Assembly: GCA_000004695.1 (NCBI GenBank)
Contig: CM000152.2
Coordinates: 3,456,001-3,520,000, forward strand
Direction of reading: 5' to 3'
From: Dictyostelium discoideum
Taxonomy: Eukaryota
Length of the DNA: 64,000 bases
Shown here: one piece after another, positions 41,824 through 53,602 of the stretch
Layout of the letters: each line of letters opens with the position of its first letter
Position numbering within the stretch: position 1 is the stretch's first letter
The notes under the pieces: model-generated
The model's database searches: none
Told to the model about the DNA's origin: nothing
The model's input: only the letters and a program-made list of their open reading frames with translations
Program-made: the position numbers and the translations under genes

Positions 41824-42209
41824 TTGAAGATCATTTAATTTCAATTTCAAAATTAATTGGTAATCCAACTGCTGAAGACCTTTCAATAGTTCTTAGTAAA
41901 AGTATTTTTCAATATATGGAAAAAATTCCAAAATCAACTTTAACTCCATCAGTTGGAATTAAAAGGAGATTTAAAGGTGCTAGTAAAGATCAAATTGAAT
42001 TATTACAAGGTATGCTATGTTGGGATCCAAGAAAAAGAATGACAATTGACCAATTATTAGCTCATAAATATTTTTCAACAATTCATGATGAATCAATGCA
42101 AATTAAATGTAATGAAATTTTTAATCTTAAATATTACCCAGATTTTTATAAGATGAAATCGGATTTAGTAAAAAAATCAATTGAAAATGAATTTTTAACC
42201 CCATGCTGA
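41824..42209 (+). CDS. Exon 2 of MAPK-like pseudokinase (C-lobe subdomains X-XI)
   Basis: Acceptor aaaaag at 41822-41823. EDHLISISKLIGNPTAEDLSIV...LLQGMLCWDPRKRMTIDQLLAHKYF parallels the MAPK [20 protein letters not shown]...[25 protein letters not shown]. ORF 41916..42209. Confidence 0.7.
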
Positions 42210-42344
42210 TAATTAACAATATCAACAAATAATTTTTCTTTGTACATAAAAAAAAAAAAAAAAAAAAAAATTAATTAATAAATAAATAATAAATAATTTG
42301 CACATATTTGTGTATATGTGCTGTATATATTTTTTCATTAAACA

Positions 42345-42385
<41 letters not shown>

Positions 42386-43059
42386 ATAAATTAATTTGAA
42401 TGGGAATAACAAAAATAATAATAATATTTATAAAATTATAATAAAATTAATAAAACAATGACAATAATAATTTGATTTATTTCAAAGTAAAAAAAAAATA
42501 ATTAACAATAATAAAAATATATAATTTATTATTATTAACTTAATAATAAAAATTTTATTATTCCAAACTTGCTAATTTTTTATTAATTATATTTTTTATT
42601 AATATTAATTATTTGATGTTACAATACACAACTCTGTTTAATTATTTCAGTTGTTTTTTTTTTTTTTTTTTTTTTTATTAATTAAAATTTATTTTTAGAA
42701 CATCACATAATATATAACAATAGCAAATTAAAAATCAAAGAATAATTTAATTTAATTTATTTGATATTTGATAAATGGTAGTTTTACTTGTTAAATTATA
42801 ATTTTTTATTTAATTTAATTTATTTTATTTATTTTTATTTTTTATTTTTTTTTTTTTATTATTTTCATAATTTAAGTAGTTTAATATATTTTATATGATA
42901 ATAAATTTTTATGGGTATACAGAGATACTCTACCACACCTAACCAACAGTTTATTTACAAACTTTTACTCTACCACACTTAAAAAAATCAACATAAATGT
43001 AATTATATAAATATTGAGAGATGTTTAACAATGGTATCTACTGTTTATGCATCAGCAAA

Positions 43060-43225
43060 AATATTTTCTCTCTCTCTCTCTATCCCATAAAAACACACAC
43101 ATGCTCAAAATAAATCTATATTTAAACACACTTTCTCAACTCACACTCAATTTTTCTATCTCTCTCTCTCTATCTCTGTTTCACTCACTCACTCACTCAT
43201 TCACACCCACACAAACACATAATAA
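43060..43225. repeat. CT/CA-rich low-complexity island ((TC)n, (CACT)n) in otherwise AT-rich intergenic DNA
   Basis: tctctctctctctatccc...tctctctctctctatctctgtttcactcactcactcactcattcacacccacacaaacaca. Confidence 0.8.
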
Positions 43226-43718
43226 TAAATTTGTTTTTTTTTTATTTTTTATTTTGTTTTTTTTTTATTTATATATTTTTTTTTACATTTATATTGAAAA
43301 AAAATAAAAATAGAAATAAAAAAATAATTATTTAATTAATTTTAATATAAATTTTTTTGGATGGTTGAAAAAAAAAGGTATTTATAAATCACGTGTTTAT
43401 TTTTTTATTTATCTTTTTCATTTACAAAGAGACACTATAGTAGTAGTTAATAAAATTAATTTTTTAAAAAAATTAAAAAAAAAAAAAAAAACAAAACAAA
43501 TAATTATTAAAAAAAAAAAAAAAGAAATAAGAAAAAAGAAAAAAGGGAAAAGGAAAAAAAAAAAAATTATCATTTTAAATAATATTAAAAAAAATAAAAA
43601 TTAAATAATAAAAAAAATAAAAAAATAAAAAAAAATAAAAAAATAATTAAATAATATTTAAAAAATAACAAAAATAGAAACAAAATAAATTAAATAAAAT
43701 TTAATAATAAAAAAAAAA

Positions 43719-43844
43719 ATGGTCCTCAGATATAGTTATGTTTTTAAACAACCAGTAAATTATTCTAATATTGAATTGAATGAAATTAAAAATATTAAAG
43801 ATGAAAAAGTTAGACAAAATTCTATTTTTATTAGCTATTTAAAT
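43719..43844 (+). CDS. Exon 1 of kinase C-lobe-only (kinase-like, N-lobe absent) protein
   Basis: ATG at 43719; GTAATT donor at 43845; phase 0. Confidence 0.5.
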
Positions 43845-43895
43845 GTAATTATAAAATTATTTAAAATCATTTTAATTATAAAAATTATTTAAACT

Positions 43896-43932
<37 letters not shown>

Positions 43933-43969
43933 ATTTTTATTTTTTTTTATTTTTTTTTTTTTTTTCCAG

Positions 43970-44485
43970 GGCTTATATAATTCTTTAAATGTTTTAGAAA
44001 TGGTTTCAATTTCAGGTTCATTACCTAGTAAATTGATTCAATCAATTTTTAAAATAATTTTAAGTAATTATGATTATAATGCAATTGGTAAACATTTTAA
44101 AACTGAATCAATTTTAATTGGTGAAAGTTTATTTAAATGGCCATCACCAAGAATTCAACAATTTGACCAATTTTTCTTCCAAGATTACCTTTATAGTTCA
44201 CCAGAGAATTATAAAGGTTCATTGGTTGGAGTTAATGAATACTCTATGGTTTGGACACTTGGTATTATTTTATATCAATGCTTAACTGGTGAATTACCAT
44301 TCCCAACCTATCCTAAAATTGTTAATTTCATAACAAGTAGTTCTCAAAATGTTGAGATTCCACCACAATTTTATAAACCAGAAAACTCTCTCCTTATTCA
44401 ACTCATAACGTGTTGTTTATTTAAAAATCCAGCCCAAAGAATTTCTTGGAATGAAATAGTTAATCATTCATTCTTTAAAAATTAA
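43970..44485 (+). CDS. Exon 2 of kinase-like C-lobe protein
   Basis: Acceptor tttttccag at 43968-43969. NEYSMVWTLGIILYQCLTGELPF and NPAQRISWNEIVNHSFF match kinase subdomains IX-XI (DVWSLGIILYELLTG..PF; DP..R.T..ELL.HPFF). The expected catalytic-loop and DFG positions are degenerate (KHFKTESIL, KWPS). ORF 44000..44485. Confidence 0.55.
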   Translation, partial: GLYNSLNVLEMVSISGSLPSKLIQSIFKIILSNYDYNAIGKHFKTESILIGESLFKWPSPRIQQFDQFFFQDYLYSSPENYKGSLVGVNEYSMVWTLGIILYQCLTGELPFPTYPKIVNFITSSSQNVEIPPQFYKPENSLLIQLITCCLFKNPAQRISWNEIVNHSFFKN

Positions 44486-44594
44486 AATTAATTGTACATA
44501 AATATAAAAAAAAAAAAAAAAAAACTTTAAATTTTTTAAAAACATATTTTAAAAAAAGAAATAATACAAAAAAACTTTAAATTTTCTATACATG

Positions 44595-44627
<33 letters not shown>

Positions 44628-44768
44628 AAAGAAAAAAGAAAAAAAAAAAAAAATTAATTAAAAAATAATTTTCCTTACACCTTTTATAAATAAAAAAATA
44701 CTTTTAAAACTATTTTTAATCAGCCTTTTCATTGAATAACTTTTATTTTATTTTTTTTTTTTTTTTTT

Positions 44769-47404
44769 TTACTTTTCTTTAAATAGATTATGATGATGTT
44801 TTACTAATTTACTGAATCTTGATTCTTGATTTTCAATGAGATTATTTGGTGTATCATATTCTATTAATTTACCTTTATCAATAACAGCGATTTTAGTACT
44901 ATCAATGATTGTATCGAGTCTATGTGCAATTGTTAGCATTGTACAATTTTTAAAACAATTATTAATAGTTTGTTTAATTAAATCACTTGTTACATAATCT
45001 ATACCAGAGGTAGCTTCATCCATTAGGACTACTTTAGAATTCTTTAAAATTGTTCTTGATAAACAAAGTAATTGCTTTTGACCAAACGATAAACCGTCAC
45101 CACCTTCTTCTATCATAGTTTCTAATTTTAATGGCATTGATGAAATTGTTGATTTTAATTTAACCTTTTCTAAAGCTACCCAAATTTCACTATCAGTGTA
45201 TTTATTAAATGGATCGATATTTAAACGAATAGTACCAGAGAAAATGAATGGATCTTGTGGGACAATACCAAGTGAACTTCTTAACTCGTGTAATCCAATC
45301 TTTGAAATGTCAACGCCATCAATTAAAATTGAACCTTTAGAACATTCAACCATACGAAACAAACCATTACCAATTGTACTCTTACCTGCACCAGTTCTAC
45401 CAACAATACCAATATGATCTTTTTGATTTATTTTTAATGTGAAATTTTTTAAACTTGATTCTCCTGAATGACCATATTTAATTTCAACATTTCTAAATTC
45501 AATTTCACCTTTAGTAAGCCATTTCTTTGATAATTTAAAACCATCATAATCATCATTATCAAAATCAAATTCCTCCTCTTCTTCTTCTTCTTCTTCTTGT
45601 TGTTCATTTCTGAAAAAGTTAATTTTAGAATTACCTTCTTTTGGAATATTTAAATAACTTTCAATTCTTTCAACTGAATTCATTTTAACTTCAAGTTCAA
45701 CCATTTGTCTAACTGTCCAATTTAAATAACTACACATTCCCAATGCAGTTGTAACAGATAAAACAGAGAAACCAGCATTTGAATTGAATAGGGAGAAGAA
45801 TGCAGCCAAAAAAACTACAATTGAAGAAATGAATTCCAAACGAACTGCTACCCATCTATGAACTGAAAATCCATAATATGATAAACGATGATTAGTGTTT
45901 ATACGATCTTGCATCATTGAAATGAATTTATTTTGTTGTTTATAACTTCTAATTGTAACCAATCCATTAAAAGATTCTTGTAACAATGAAAATATTGGAC
46001 TTCTTGAAATTGCTTCTAAACGTTTCAATTCTCTTGATGATTCTGTATATAATCTTTGAATGAAATAATAAATACCAATCAATAATAGAAATGGTATAAT
46101 TATTAATGGACTAATATAAATCATTATACCAATTGAAACCAGCACTGTTGAACCACAATAAAGCACATCAGAGAATAAATCGAATAATAATAAATCCACA
46201 TCACTAATATCCTTACTAAATCTATTTAATATACGACCTGATGGATTCGTATCAAAGAATTGACAACTTGCAAAACCAACCGATTTTAATAACGATTGAT
46301 GTAAATTCTTTGATGCTGAAAATGTAACATGTGCCATCATAAAATATCTAATTACCAAGAAAATTATAAAACCCACTATAAACAATAAATAAATTGATAT
46401 ATAATATTTATCTGTTTTATCAGGTATTGAACGTTGTGACCATGTTGATAACCAAAAATCTGACATTTGATAAATGATTTGGCTAATCATATAAACTATG
46501 CATGTCATAATAAACAATGGTATAGATGAACCATGTTTAAAATATTCTTTATAAACTCTTAAATTAACTGATCCTTCATTTCTATCCTCATCTACTAATA
46601 ATTTTGATCTCTCAATTAAATTTGAATCATTTTCATCACTTATAACTTCATCAATATCTATTAAATTTGAAATATTATTATTATTCTTAATACTATTATT
46701 ACTATCTTCATCACTTAAAACTATATCATTTTCTTTTTCGTGCTGTTGCTGTTGTTGTTGATTATCAATATTTAATTTCTTTGTTTTCATAATTGATTCG
46801 AAATCAATACCTTTTGATTTTAATTCTGAATAAGTACCTTGAACTAATTTACCATTATCAACAACAACTATATGATCAGCTGATGGAATGAATTGAAGTT
46901 GGTGTGTAATTAGTATACGTGTTTTATCATTCATCATACCTTGAATACAATGATTGAATAAATGAGTTGCAACTTCTGGATCAACAGCTGATAAAGGTTC
47001 ATCTAAAATATAACAATCTGAATTTGCATATAATGCACGTGCTAATGATATACGTTGTTTTTGACCACCTGATAAATTAATACCACGTTCACCAATCTCT
47101 GTTAAATCTTTAGCTGCTAATTGTAATAAATCTGGTGCGAGACAACATGCTTCAATTACTTTTTTATAACGTTCTAAATTCATTTCATTACCAAATAAAA
47201 TATTCTCTCTTAATGATGTACTTAATAAAAATGATTGTTGAGTTGTAAATGAAATTTTATTTGGAGTATTAACTCTACCACTAACTTTATAAATTTCACC
47301 AATTAAACCACTAACTAAACTAGTTTTACCACTACCAACTACACCACAAATTATTGTTAATTTACCTGCTGGTGCTTTAAAATTAATATTATTTAAAGTG
47401 TATG

Positions 47405-47467
<63 letters not shown>

Positions 47468-48065
47468 GATTACCATTACCATTACCACTACCATTACTAT
47501 CAACTTGATTCCAATTAAATGATCCATTATGAATTGAGATATCACCATCTGAATTTATATCATCATCATATTCATCTTCCTCTTCCTCCTCTCTATTAGA
47601 AGAATGATTTTGTTGAATTTCAGGAGATTTAAGAAAATCTTCAACTCTTTTTGCAATTGGAATTAAACTTTGAAGTTGTTGAATTGAATTTGGTAATCTG
47701 AGTAAAGGAATTCTTAAACTAACGAAAATGCTAATGGTTGTAAAAGCAACCTCTAATGTGATTTCATTATTAATTGAATAAACTATAAAAGTTAAAACCA
47801 AAACGATTGCATTAACAGCTTGTTTCATCATTTCAGCAAAAATCCAAAAAATCATTCTCTTATAAAGATACTTTAATTGCAATGATCTCTGCTCTTCAAT
47901 TCTATCTAAAAACAATTTTTCCCATGCATACATTTTTAAAAATCTAATACCATTTATAAATTCACTTGTTAAATTTGTTCTTTTATCTGAATATCCCATT
48001 GATTCTTTTAAATTTTTACCAATTTTTGATCCAATATATGTATTTATTGGAAATGTTATAACCAT
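44769..48065 (-). CDS. ABCC transporter copy B, exon 3 (TMD1 remainder, NBD1, TMD2, NBD2), 1098 aa
   Basis: Acceptor ttttag immediately before ATGGTTATAACA. Walker A/B and ABC signature motifs present. NBD1 (about 200 aa) and the NBD2 core are identical to copy A; the low-complexity linkers differ ((CAA)n poly-Q here vs poly-N/poly-T in copy A). Confidence 0.9.
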
Positions 48066-48138
48066 CTAAAATATAAATATATAATAATTAAATTGTTAGA
48101 AAAAGTTAAAATATATGTGTGTGTGTGTTTTTACTTAC

Positions 48139-48520
48139 AATAGCAAAACCAACTAAACCACTCCAACCAATTACCCAACATAATAATGCAAGTAATCCAA
48201 TCATTTGTGAAGAGAATGCAAATATACCCATATGTTCAATCCAAAAGAAATTTGAAATAATTCCAACGTCAACTGATAATAAATTCATAATTGAACCTGG
48301 ATTATAATTCTTTCCTCCACAAGTTGTAAGTTTTAATGTTTTTTCATAAACTTTTATTGATAAACATCCTTTAATTTCAAGTGAACTCTTCATTGCAAAC
48401 CACATTAAAAGTTGTTGAGAAAATGTATATGAAAATGATGCTATCAATAATAATATACAATATCCAATTCCAGCTAAAAATGATCTCTCTTTATTTGTTG
48501 ATTGAATAAATTGAATAAAA
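48139..48520 (-). CDS. ABCC transporter copy B, exon 2 (382 nt)
   Basis: Acceptor tttttttag (minus) at 48521-48522. FIQFIQSTNKERSFLAGIGYCILLLIASFSYTF... parallels copy A. GTAAGT donor at 48138. Confidence 0.8.
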
Positions 48521-48627
48521 CTAAAAAAATATATATATATTATAATAAATATACCATTAATACACCCACCCTTTTTATAGTTTTATTTATTATTTATTAT
48601 TATTTATTATTTATCATTATTGGTTTC

Positions 48628-48663
<36 letters not shown>

Positions 48664-48717
48664 GAAAATAAAATAAAATAAAAATATAATAAAATAATAA
48701 ATAAAATTTTATCTTAC

Positions 48718-49118
48718 TATTTTAAAGATAATGGTGATAGTATAGATAGAATGTTTGTTAGGATTTGTAAGAATATTGTTAATTTATTTCTATATAAAAA
48801 TTGTTTATAAAAATGTTTAATTAAAGGCCATCTACTATTATTATTTTTATTTAAATTAATATTATTTAATAATTGAATAGATGATTGAACTTTAATATCT
48901 TTTGGAAGATCATTGATATCACTCATTTCAAGTGGACCATTGAAATAACCAGAAATTAGCATTCTTTGAGCCCATCCAAATGTTAGCCTTGACCATAAAT
49001 TTGCATTATCCTCTGGACATGGTTGTTGATAATAATCCTTATTATTATCAAACTCTTGTGATGATAACAAAGAATAAGTTAATTTTTCTTTTATTTTATT
49101 TCTTAAGTTTTTAAGCAT
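48718..49118 (-). CDS. ABCC/MRP-type ABC transporter, copy B, exon 1 (start ATG 49116-49118: MLKNLRNKIKEKLTYS...)
   Basis: QQPCPEDNANLWSRLTFGWAQRMLISGYFNGPLEMSDINDLPKD parallels copy A exon 1. The track's poly-F N-terminus (to 49277) is a poly-A translation artefact. GTAAGA donor at 48717. Confidence 0.8.
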
Positions 49119-49141
49119 TATCAAAATAAAATAAATGAAAA

Positions 49142-49177
<36 letters not shown>

Positions 49178-49317
49178 AAAGAAAACAGGGAAAAGAAAAT
49201 TTGAAAAAAAAAAAGAAAAAAAAAATAAAAAAATAAAAAAAAAAATAAAAAAAAAAACAAAAAAATAAAAAAAACAAAATAAAAATATTTCCATTAATAG
49301 TTTTAAAACTTATTTAT

Positions 49318-49571
49318 TTATTTTGTTACTTTTTCAGTCTTTTCAAAATGTTCTGTTTTAACTCCAGTTACTGGGTCAATTACTTCTGTTTTCTTCTCGT
49401 GTTTGTAGTGATCTTTTGATTCACTATCTGCTCTGGTTGGATCTCTGTCAAAGGAGCTTTTATTTGGTAAACTTTCTACAAAGGTATTCTTTAAATCAGT
49501 GGCAACTTCTTTGATTTTTTCACCAAAAGATCTAGTAGTGTCACCAAGATCTCTTTCAGTTGTACCCACTC
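49318..49571 (-). CDS. Exon 2 of small hydrophilic protein (RVGTTERDLGDTTRSFGEKIKEVATDLKNTFVESLPNKSSFDRDPTRADSESKDHYKHEKKTEVIDPVTGVKTEHFEKTEKVTK)
   Basis: Acceptor ttttacag (minus) at 49572-49573. ORF 49318..49569. Charged and unstructured-looking, with LEA-like or stress-protein-like composition. Confidence 0.55.
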
Positions 49572-49652
49572 CTGTAAAATTATAAAAAAAAAAATTAAAA
49601 AAATTAATATAAAAAAAAAAAAATAATAAATATTAAGTAAAAGTAAACATAC

Positions 49653-49698
49653 TGCCTGTAGTTGTTTTAGTTGTTGTTGTTTTGGTTGTTTTTTCCAT
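49653..49698 (-). CDS. Exon 1 of small hydrophilic Thr/Lys-rich protein (~99 aa) (MEKTTKTTTTKTTTG-)
   Basis: ATG at 49696-49698 (minus); GTATGT donor at 49651-49652 (minus); phase 1. Confidence 0.5.
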
Positions 49699-50772
49699 TT
49701 TTTATTTATTTGTTTTGTGTATTTGGATTTTAATAAGTGTTTAATAAAAAAAAAAAAAACTATTTAAATATTAAAAAAATGAAAAATAAAAAATGAAAAA
49801 TAAAAAATAAAAATTAAAAATTAAAAATAAATTAATTTATTTTTAGTTTTTATGTTTTTTTTTTTCCATTTTTAGAAAAAAAAAAAAAAAAAAAATTCTG
49901 TGGTTTTACTTATTTGAAAAACTCTATTTTAATTAGGAAATAAACCTTTATTTGGTACTAAGCATTTTAAAGAGAGAAATGACTTTTATTTTTTATTATA
50001 AAAAATATGACTATTTGTTATTTTATTTATTTTTTTTTTTTTTTATTTTTTAATAATTTTTTAAAGTTTCTAAATTTATATTTTTTAATGGTTTATGTTT
50101 TAATTTCCAAACATTCTTTGATTTCTTTATTATTGCTTTACTTAAAATATTATACAATATTAAGTCGTTTACAACCAACACCATATATAGCATTATTAAA
50201 AGCATTGCCTTCTTTATCATTTTTTTTATTTGTAAATTTTTTTATTAAGTTTAAAAAAAAAAAGATAGTTTGAAATTACTTGTTTATTCTTTTTTAGAAT
50301 TTCCCTTATTTATTCTTTACTTTTATGTTGTTTTTTTTTATTTTTTTTTATTTTTTTTTTTAATTGTTTTAATTTCTTTGAGATTTCTTACTAATGGCCA
50401 TTTATTTATTTTTTTTTTACAAATTTAAAAATATTTATTTTAAATTAAAAAATCTTTTCAAAAAAAAAAAATAAAAATTAAAATTAAAAAAAAAAAATCT
50501 TTTCGCTCCAACAGATCCTCTGTCCAAACAAAGAAAAAAAAAAAAATTAAAAATAAAAAATAAAAAATAAAATAGTTTTTTCAATGAAAGAAAAAAAAAG
50601 GTAAATTTTAATATAATTTGAATTTGTTTATAAATAATATATTTTATTTTTTTAAAAGAAATTTGCATTTTTTTTTGTGTCTTTTTTTTTTTTCTGGATC
50701 TTTTTTTTTTTTTGGATCTTTTTTTTTTTTTTGGATTTTTTTTTTTTTTTAAAAATTAATAAGAAATGAGAT

Positions 50773-53042
50773 TTAAGAATTTTTAGCTTCTTCTCTCTTT
50801 CTACGACGTTCTTCTCTTTCTTGGTCAAGGCTTTTTGGTTCTTCTTCCAATTCTCTTTCTTTTTGGTCTCTTGCGAGGCTTCTTTCTTCTTGGCTTTTCT
50901 TACGTTCTTCTTCAAGTTTATTAGCTTCTTGTTCTAATTCTAAACGACGTTGTTCACGATCTCTTCTACGTTGTTCTTGTTCAGAGAGCATGAGATTACC
51001 ACTTGAATTTGAAGGAGAGGTATTACTGATTGGAGTTGGTGATGAGGAGGAAGGATTTGAAGGTGAGGAAGAGGAAGAGATTGGAGAGGATACTGATGGT
51101 CTATCGAGTTCTCTGGCTTTCTTTCTAGCTTCACGCTCAGCTTCAATTCTTTTGCTTTCCTCTTCGACCTCTCTCTCAATTTGTTCTTTTCTTAATCTTC
51201 TTTCTTGTTCACGTTTTCTACGTTGTTCTTCGAAACTATCTAAATCTTTTTCTTTCTTTTCTTTGAGTTCACGTTCTTCTTTTTCTTTTAATTCTCTTTC
51301 TAATCTTTCCTTTTCCTCCTTTTCGTGTTGAATTTTTTCAAGACGACGTTGCTCACGTTCAATTTCATCCCTCTCTCTTTCAAGACGACGTTGTTCACGT
51401 TCACGCTCACGCTCAAGTTCTTTCTCACGTTCACGTTCAAGTTCCTTCTCACGTTCAAGTTTTCTTTCTTCTCTATCTTTTTGTTCCTTTTCGAGACGAC
51501 GTTGTTCCTTTTCACGTTCACGTTCCTCTTTTTGACGTTTTAATTCCTTTTCACGCTCTTTATCCTCCTTTTCACGTTGTTCTTTCTCAAGACGACGTTG
51601 TTCACGTTGTTTCTCACGTTCAATTTCAGCGAGCTCCTCTTGTTCTCTCTCTTCTTTTTCACGTTGTTCTTTCTCAATACGACGTTGTTCACGTTGTTTC
51701 TCACGTTCAATCTTTTCTTGTTCTTCTTTTTCTTTAATAGCTTCTTTTTCTTCTTTTAATTTTTGTAATCTTTGTTCTCTTGTTAATTCAATTGGTTCTG
51801 TTGATGGTGATGATAATTTTTGTTCTTCTTCTTCTTGTTCTTCTTTAATTGGTTCTGGTTTTTGTTCTTGTTCTACATTATTATTTGTATTATTATTATT
51901 ATTATTATTATTATTTTCTTGATTAAATGATAATCTTTTTTGTTTTCTTTCTCTATCAATTTCTTCCAATTCTTTTTGTCTTTGAGTTTTTAATGAATCT
52001 AAACTATCAGCACTTGGACCACTTTCACCAAATTGATTAGAACCTTCCAAACTAACAGATTGACGTTTCTCTTTACGAAGACGATCAATTTCTTCCAATT
52101 CTTTTTGTCTAGTTGAACCACGTTCAGTATTACCATTATTTTGAAGGAATATATTATTTGCATTTCTTTCTTTTCTTGATCTTTCAATCTCCTCCAATTC
52201 TTTTTGTCTAGAGTTAACTCTATTTTCATTCTCTTCCTCAGTTGATGAAACTTGACTAACTGGACCTTTATTCTCTTTTCTAAGACGATCAATCTCTTCT
52301 AATTCCTTTTGTCTACTTGGTGTATTTGATGAATCATCATTATTGTTAAATGAAGAAAGGTGTCTTTCTTTACGCATTCTATTAATTTCTTCCAATTCTT
52401 TTTGTCTTTGTGAAACTGGATTTTCATCTGGTTGATTAATTGCTGCTGCTGCTTGTTGATATGATAAACTAACACTACCTCTTTTATTTATTGGTGCATT
52501 ATTATTATTGATATTACTATTACTAGTATTATTAAAACCTACTGACATTCTTTGTTGTTTCTTTTCTTCATCTTCTTGTTTTTTCTTTTTCTCTTGTTCT
52601 TCAATCTCTTTAATTCTATTCTTTAATGTACTACTATTTGGATCATTTAATTGTCTAATCTTTTGAACTTCTTCACGTTTAAATCTTTCCTCTTCTTCTT
52701 CTCTTCTTCTTCTTTCACGTGCTTCCTCTTCAATTTTCTTTCTATTCTCTTGTCTAATTCTATCTTCTTCTGCTCTTTTGGCTGCAATTGCAGGATCAAC
52801 GGCTTTCTTTGTTGGTACATTTGCACCATTTGGTGTTTTAGTTTTTATACCTTTCTTTTCTCTCTCTTTCATTAATAACTCTGTCAACTGTTCACTTGAT
52901 AATTCTTGAAGATTAAATGAAATACCATTCTTTTTAGAATATGGTGCATCTGGTGATTCTGGATATGTCTTTTTAAAATAATGATACAATTCTGATAAAT
53001 AAGTCATAATACTTCTTCTATCTAATCCACCTGGAATTAATA
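50773..53042 (-). CDS. Exon 2 of CH-domain protein: end of CH domain (LIPGGLDRRSIMTYLSELYHYF), six RQKELEEI[DE]R.RKE repeats, and a ~250-residue ER/K-rich predicted single alpha-helix/coiled-coil region
   Basis: Acceptor ctttatag (minus) at 53043-53044, phase-matched. ORF 50773..53007. The E/R/K tract is encoded at about 51200-51780. Confidence 0.8.
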
Positions 53043-53170
53043 CTATAAAGAAAAAAAAATAAAATAAAAATAAAAAAAAAAGATTTATAATTAAAATGTG
53101 TATGTTAATAAATATTTAAAATTTAAAAATAAATAAAAATTAAAATAAATAAATAAATAAAATAAATTAC

Positions 53171-53429
53171 AATAATCTGGATCTAATAAATCTGGTACAC
53201 CAAGTTTAGTAGCATGACTAAATGCCAATTCTAAATTATCTCTTTTATTTTCAGATGATAATGATTCATAACTAAATAATTTATCACCTTCATATGAATG
53301 AATTAATGCACAAAATGCCAAACCATCACCCCAAGAATCTGTAAAATTATTAACTTTAATATTTGGATAACCTTGAGTTCTAACTTGAGCCCACATTAAC
53401 AAAGCTTCTTTACCTGTTTTTACTGACAT
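53171..53429 (-). CDS. Exon 1 of calponin-homology (CH) domain protein
   Basis: GKEALLMWAQVRTQGYPNIKVNNFTDSWGDGLAFCALIHSYEGDKLFSYESLSSENKRDNLELAFSHATKLGVPDLLDPDY matches the CH-domain consensus of the EHBP1/MICAL/smoothelin type (ALL.W.Q.KT.GY..V.V.NF..SW.DGLAF.ALIH...P.L.D...L......N...AF..A...LGI..LLD.ED). GTAATT donor at 53169-53170 (minus). Confidence 0.8.
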
Positions 53430-53571
53430 TTTCTTTTTCTTTTTTTTTTTCTTACAACAATATTATTTTTTAAAATTTACAAATATTTATATATGATACT
53501 TTTTTTTTTTTTTTTTTTTTTATTACAACAATATTATTTTTTAAAATTTGGTTTAAATATATATATGAAAA

Positions 53572-53602
<31 letters not shown>

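Noticed and set aside
42925-42995. Two copies of actctaccacac (reverse complement gtgtggtagagt, resembling a tRNA A-box / D-loop TGGTAGAG)
   Set aside because: No T-arm or B-box and no foldable tRNA structure. It is at most a degenerate remnant, so I kept it only as a note under the CT-rich island finding.
51300-52875. Multiple short ORFs on both strands inside 50.9-52.9 kb (for example 50940..51179, 50990..51331, 51325..51543, 51577..51759, 51999..52292, 52647..52875)
   Set aside because: Alternate-frame or antisense readings of the ER/K-rich and repeat-rich CH-domain protein CDS. The products are compositionally biased and carry no motifs.
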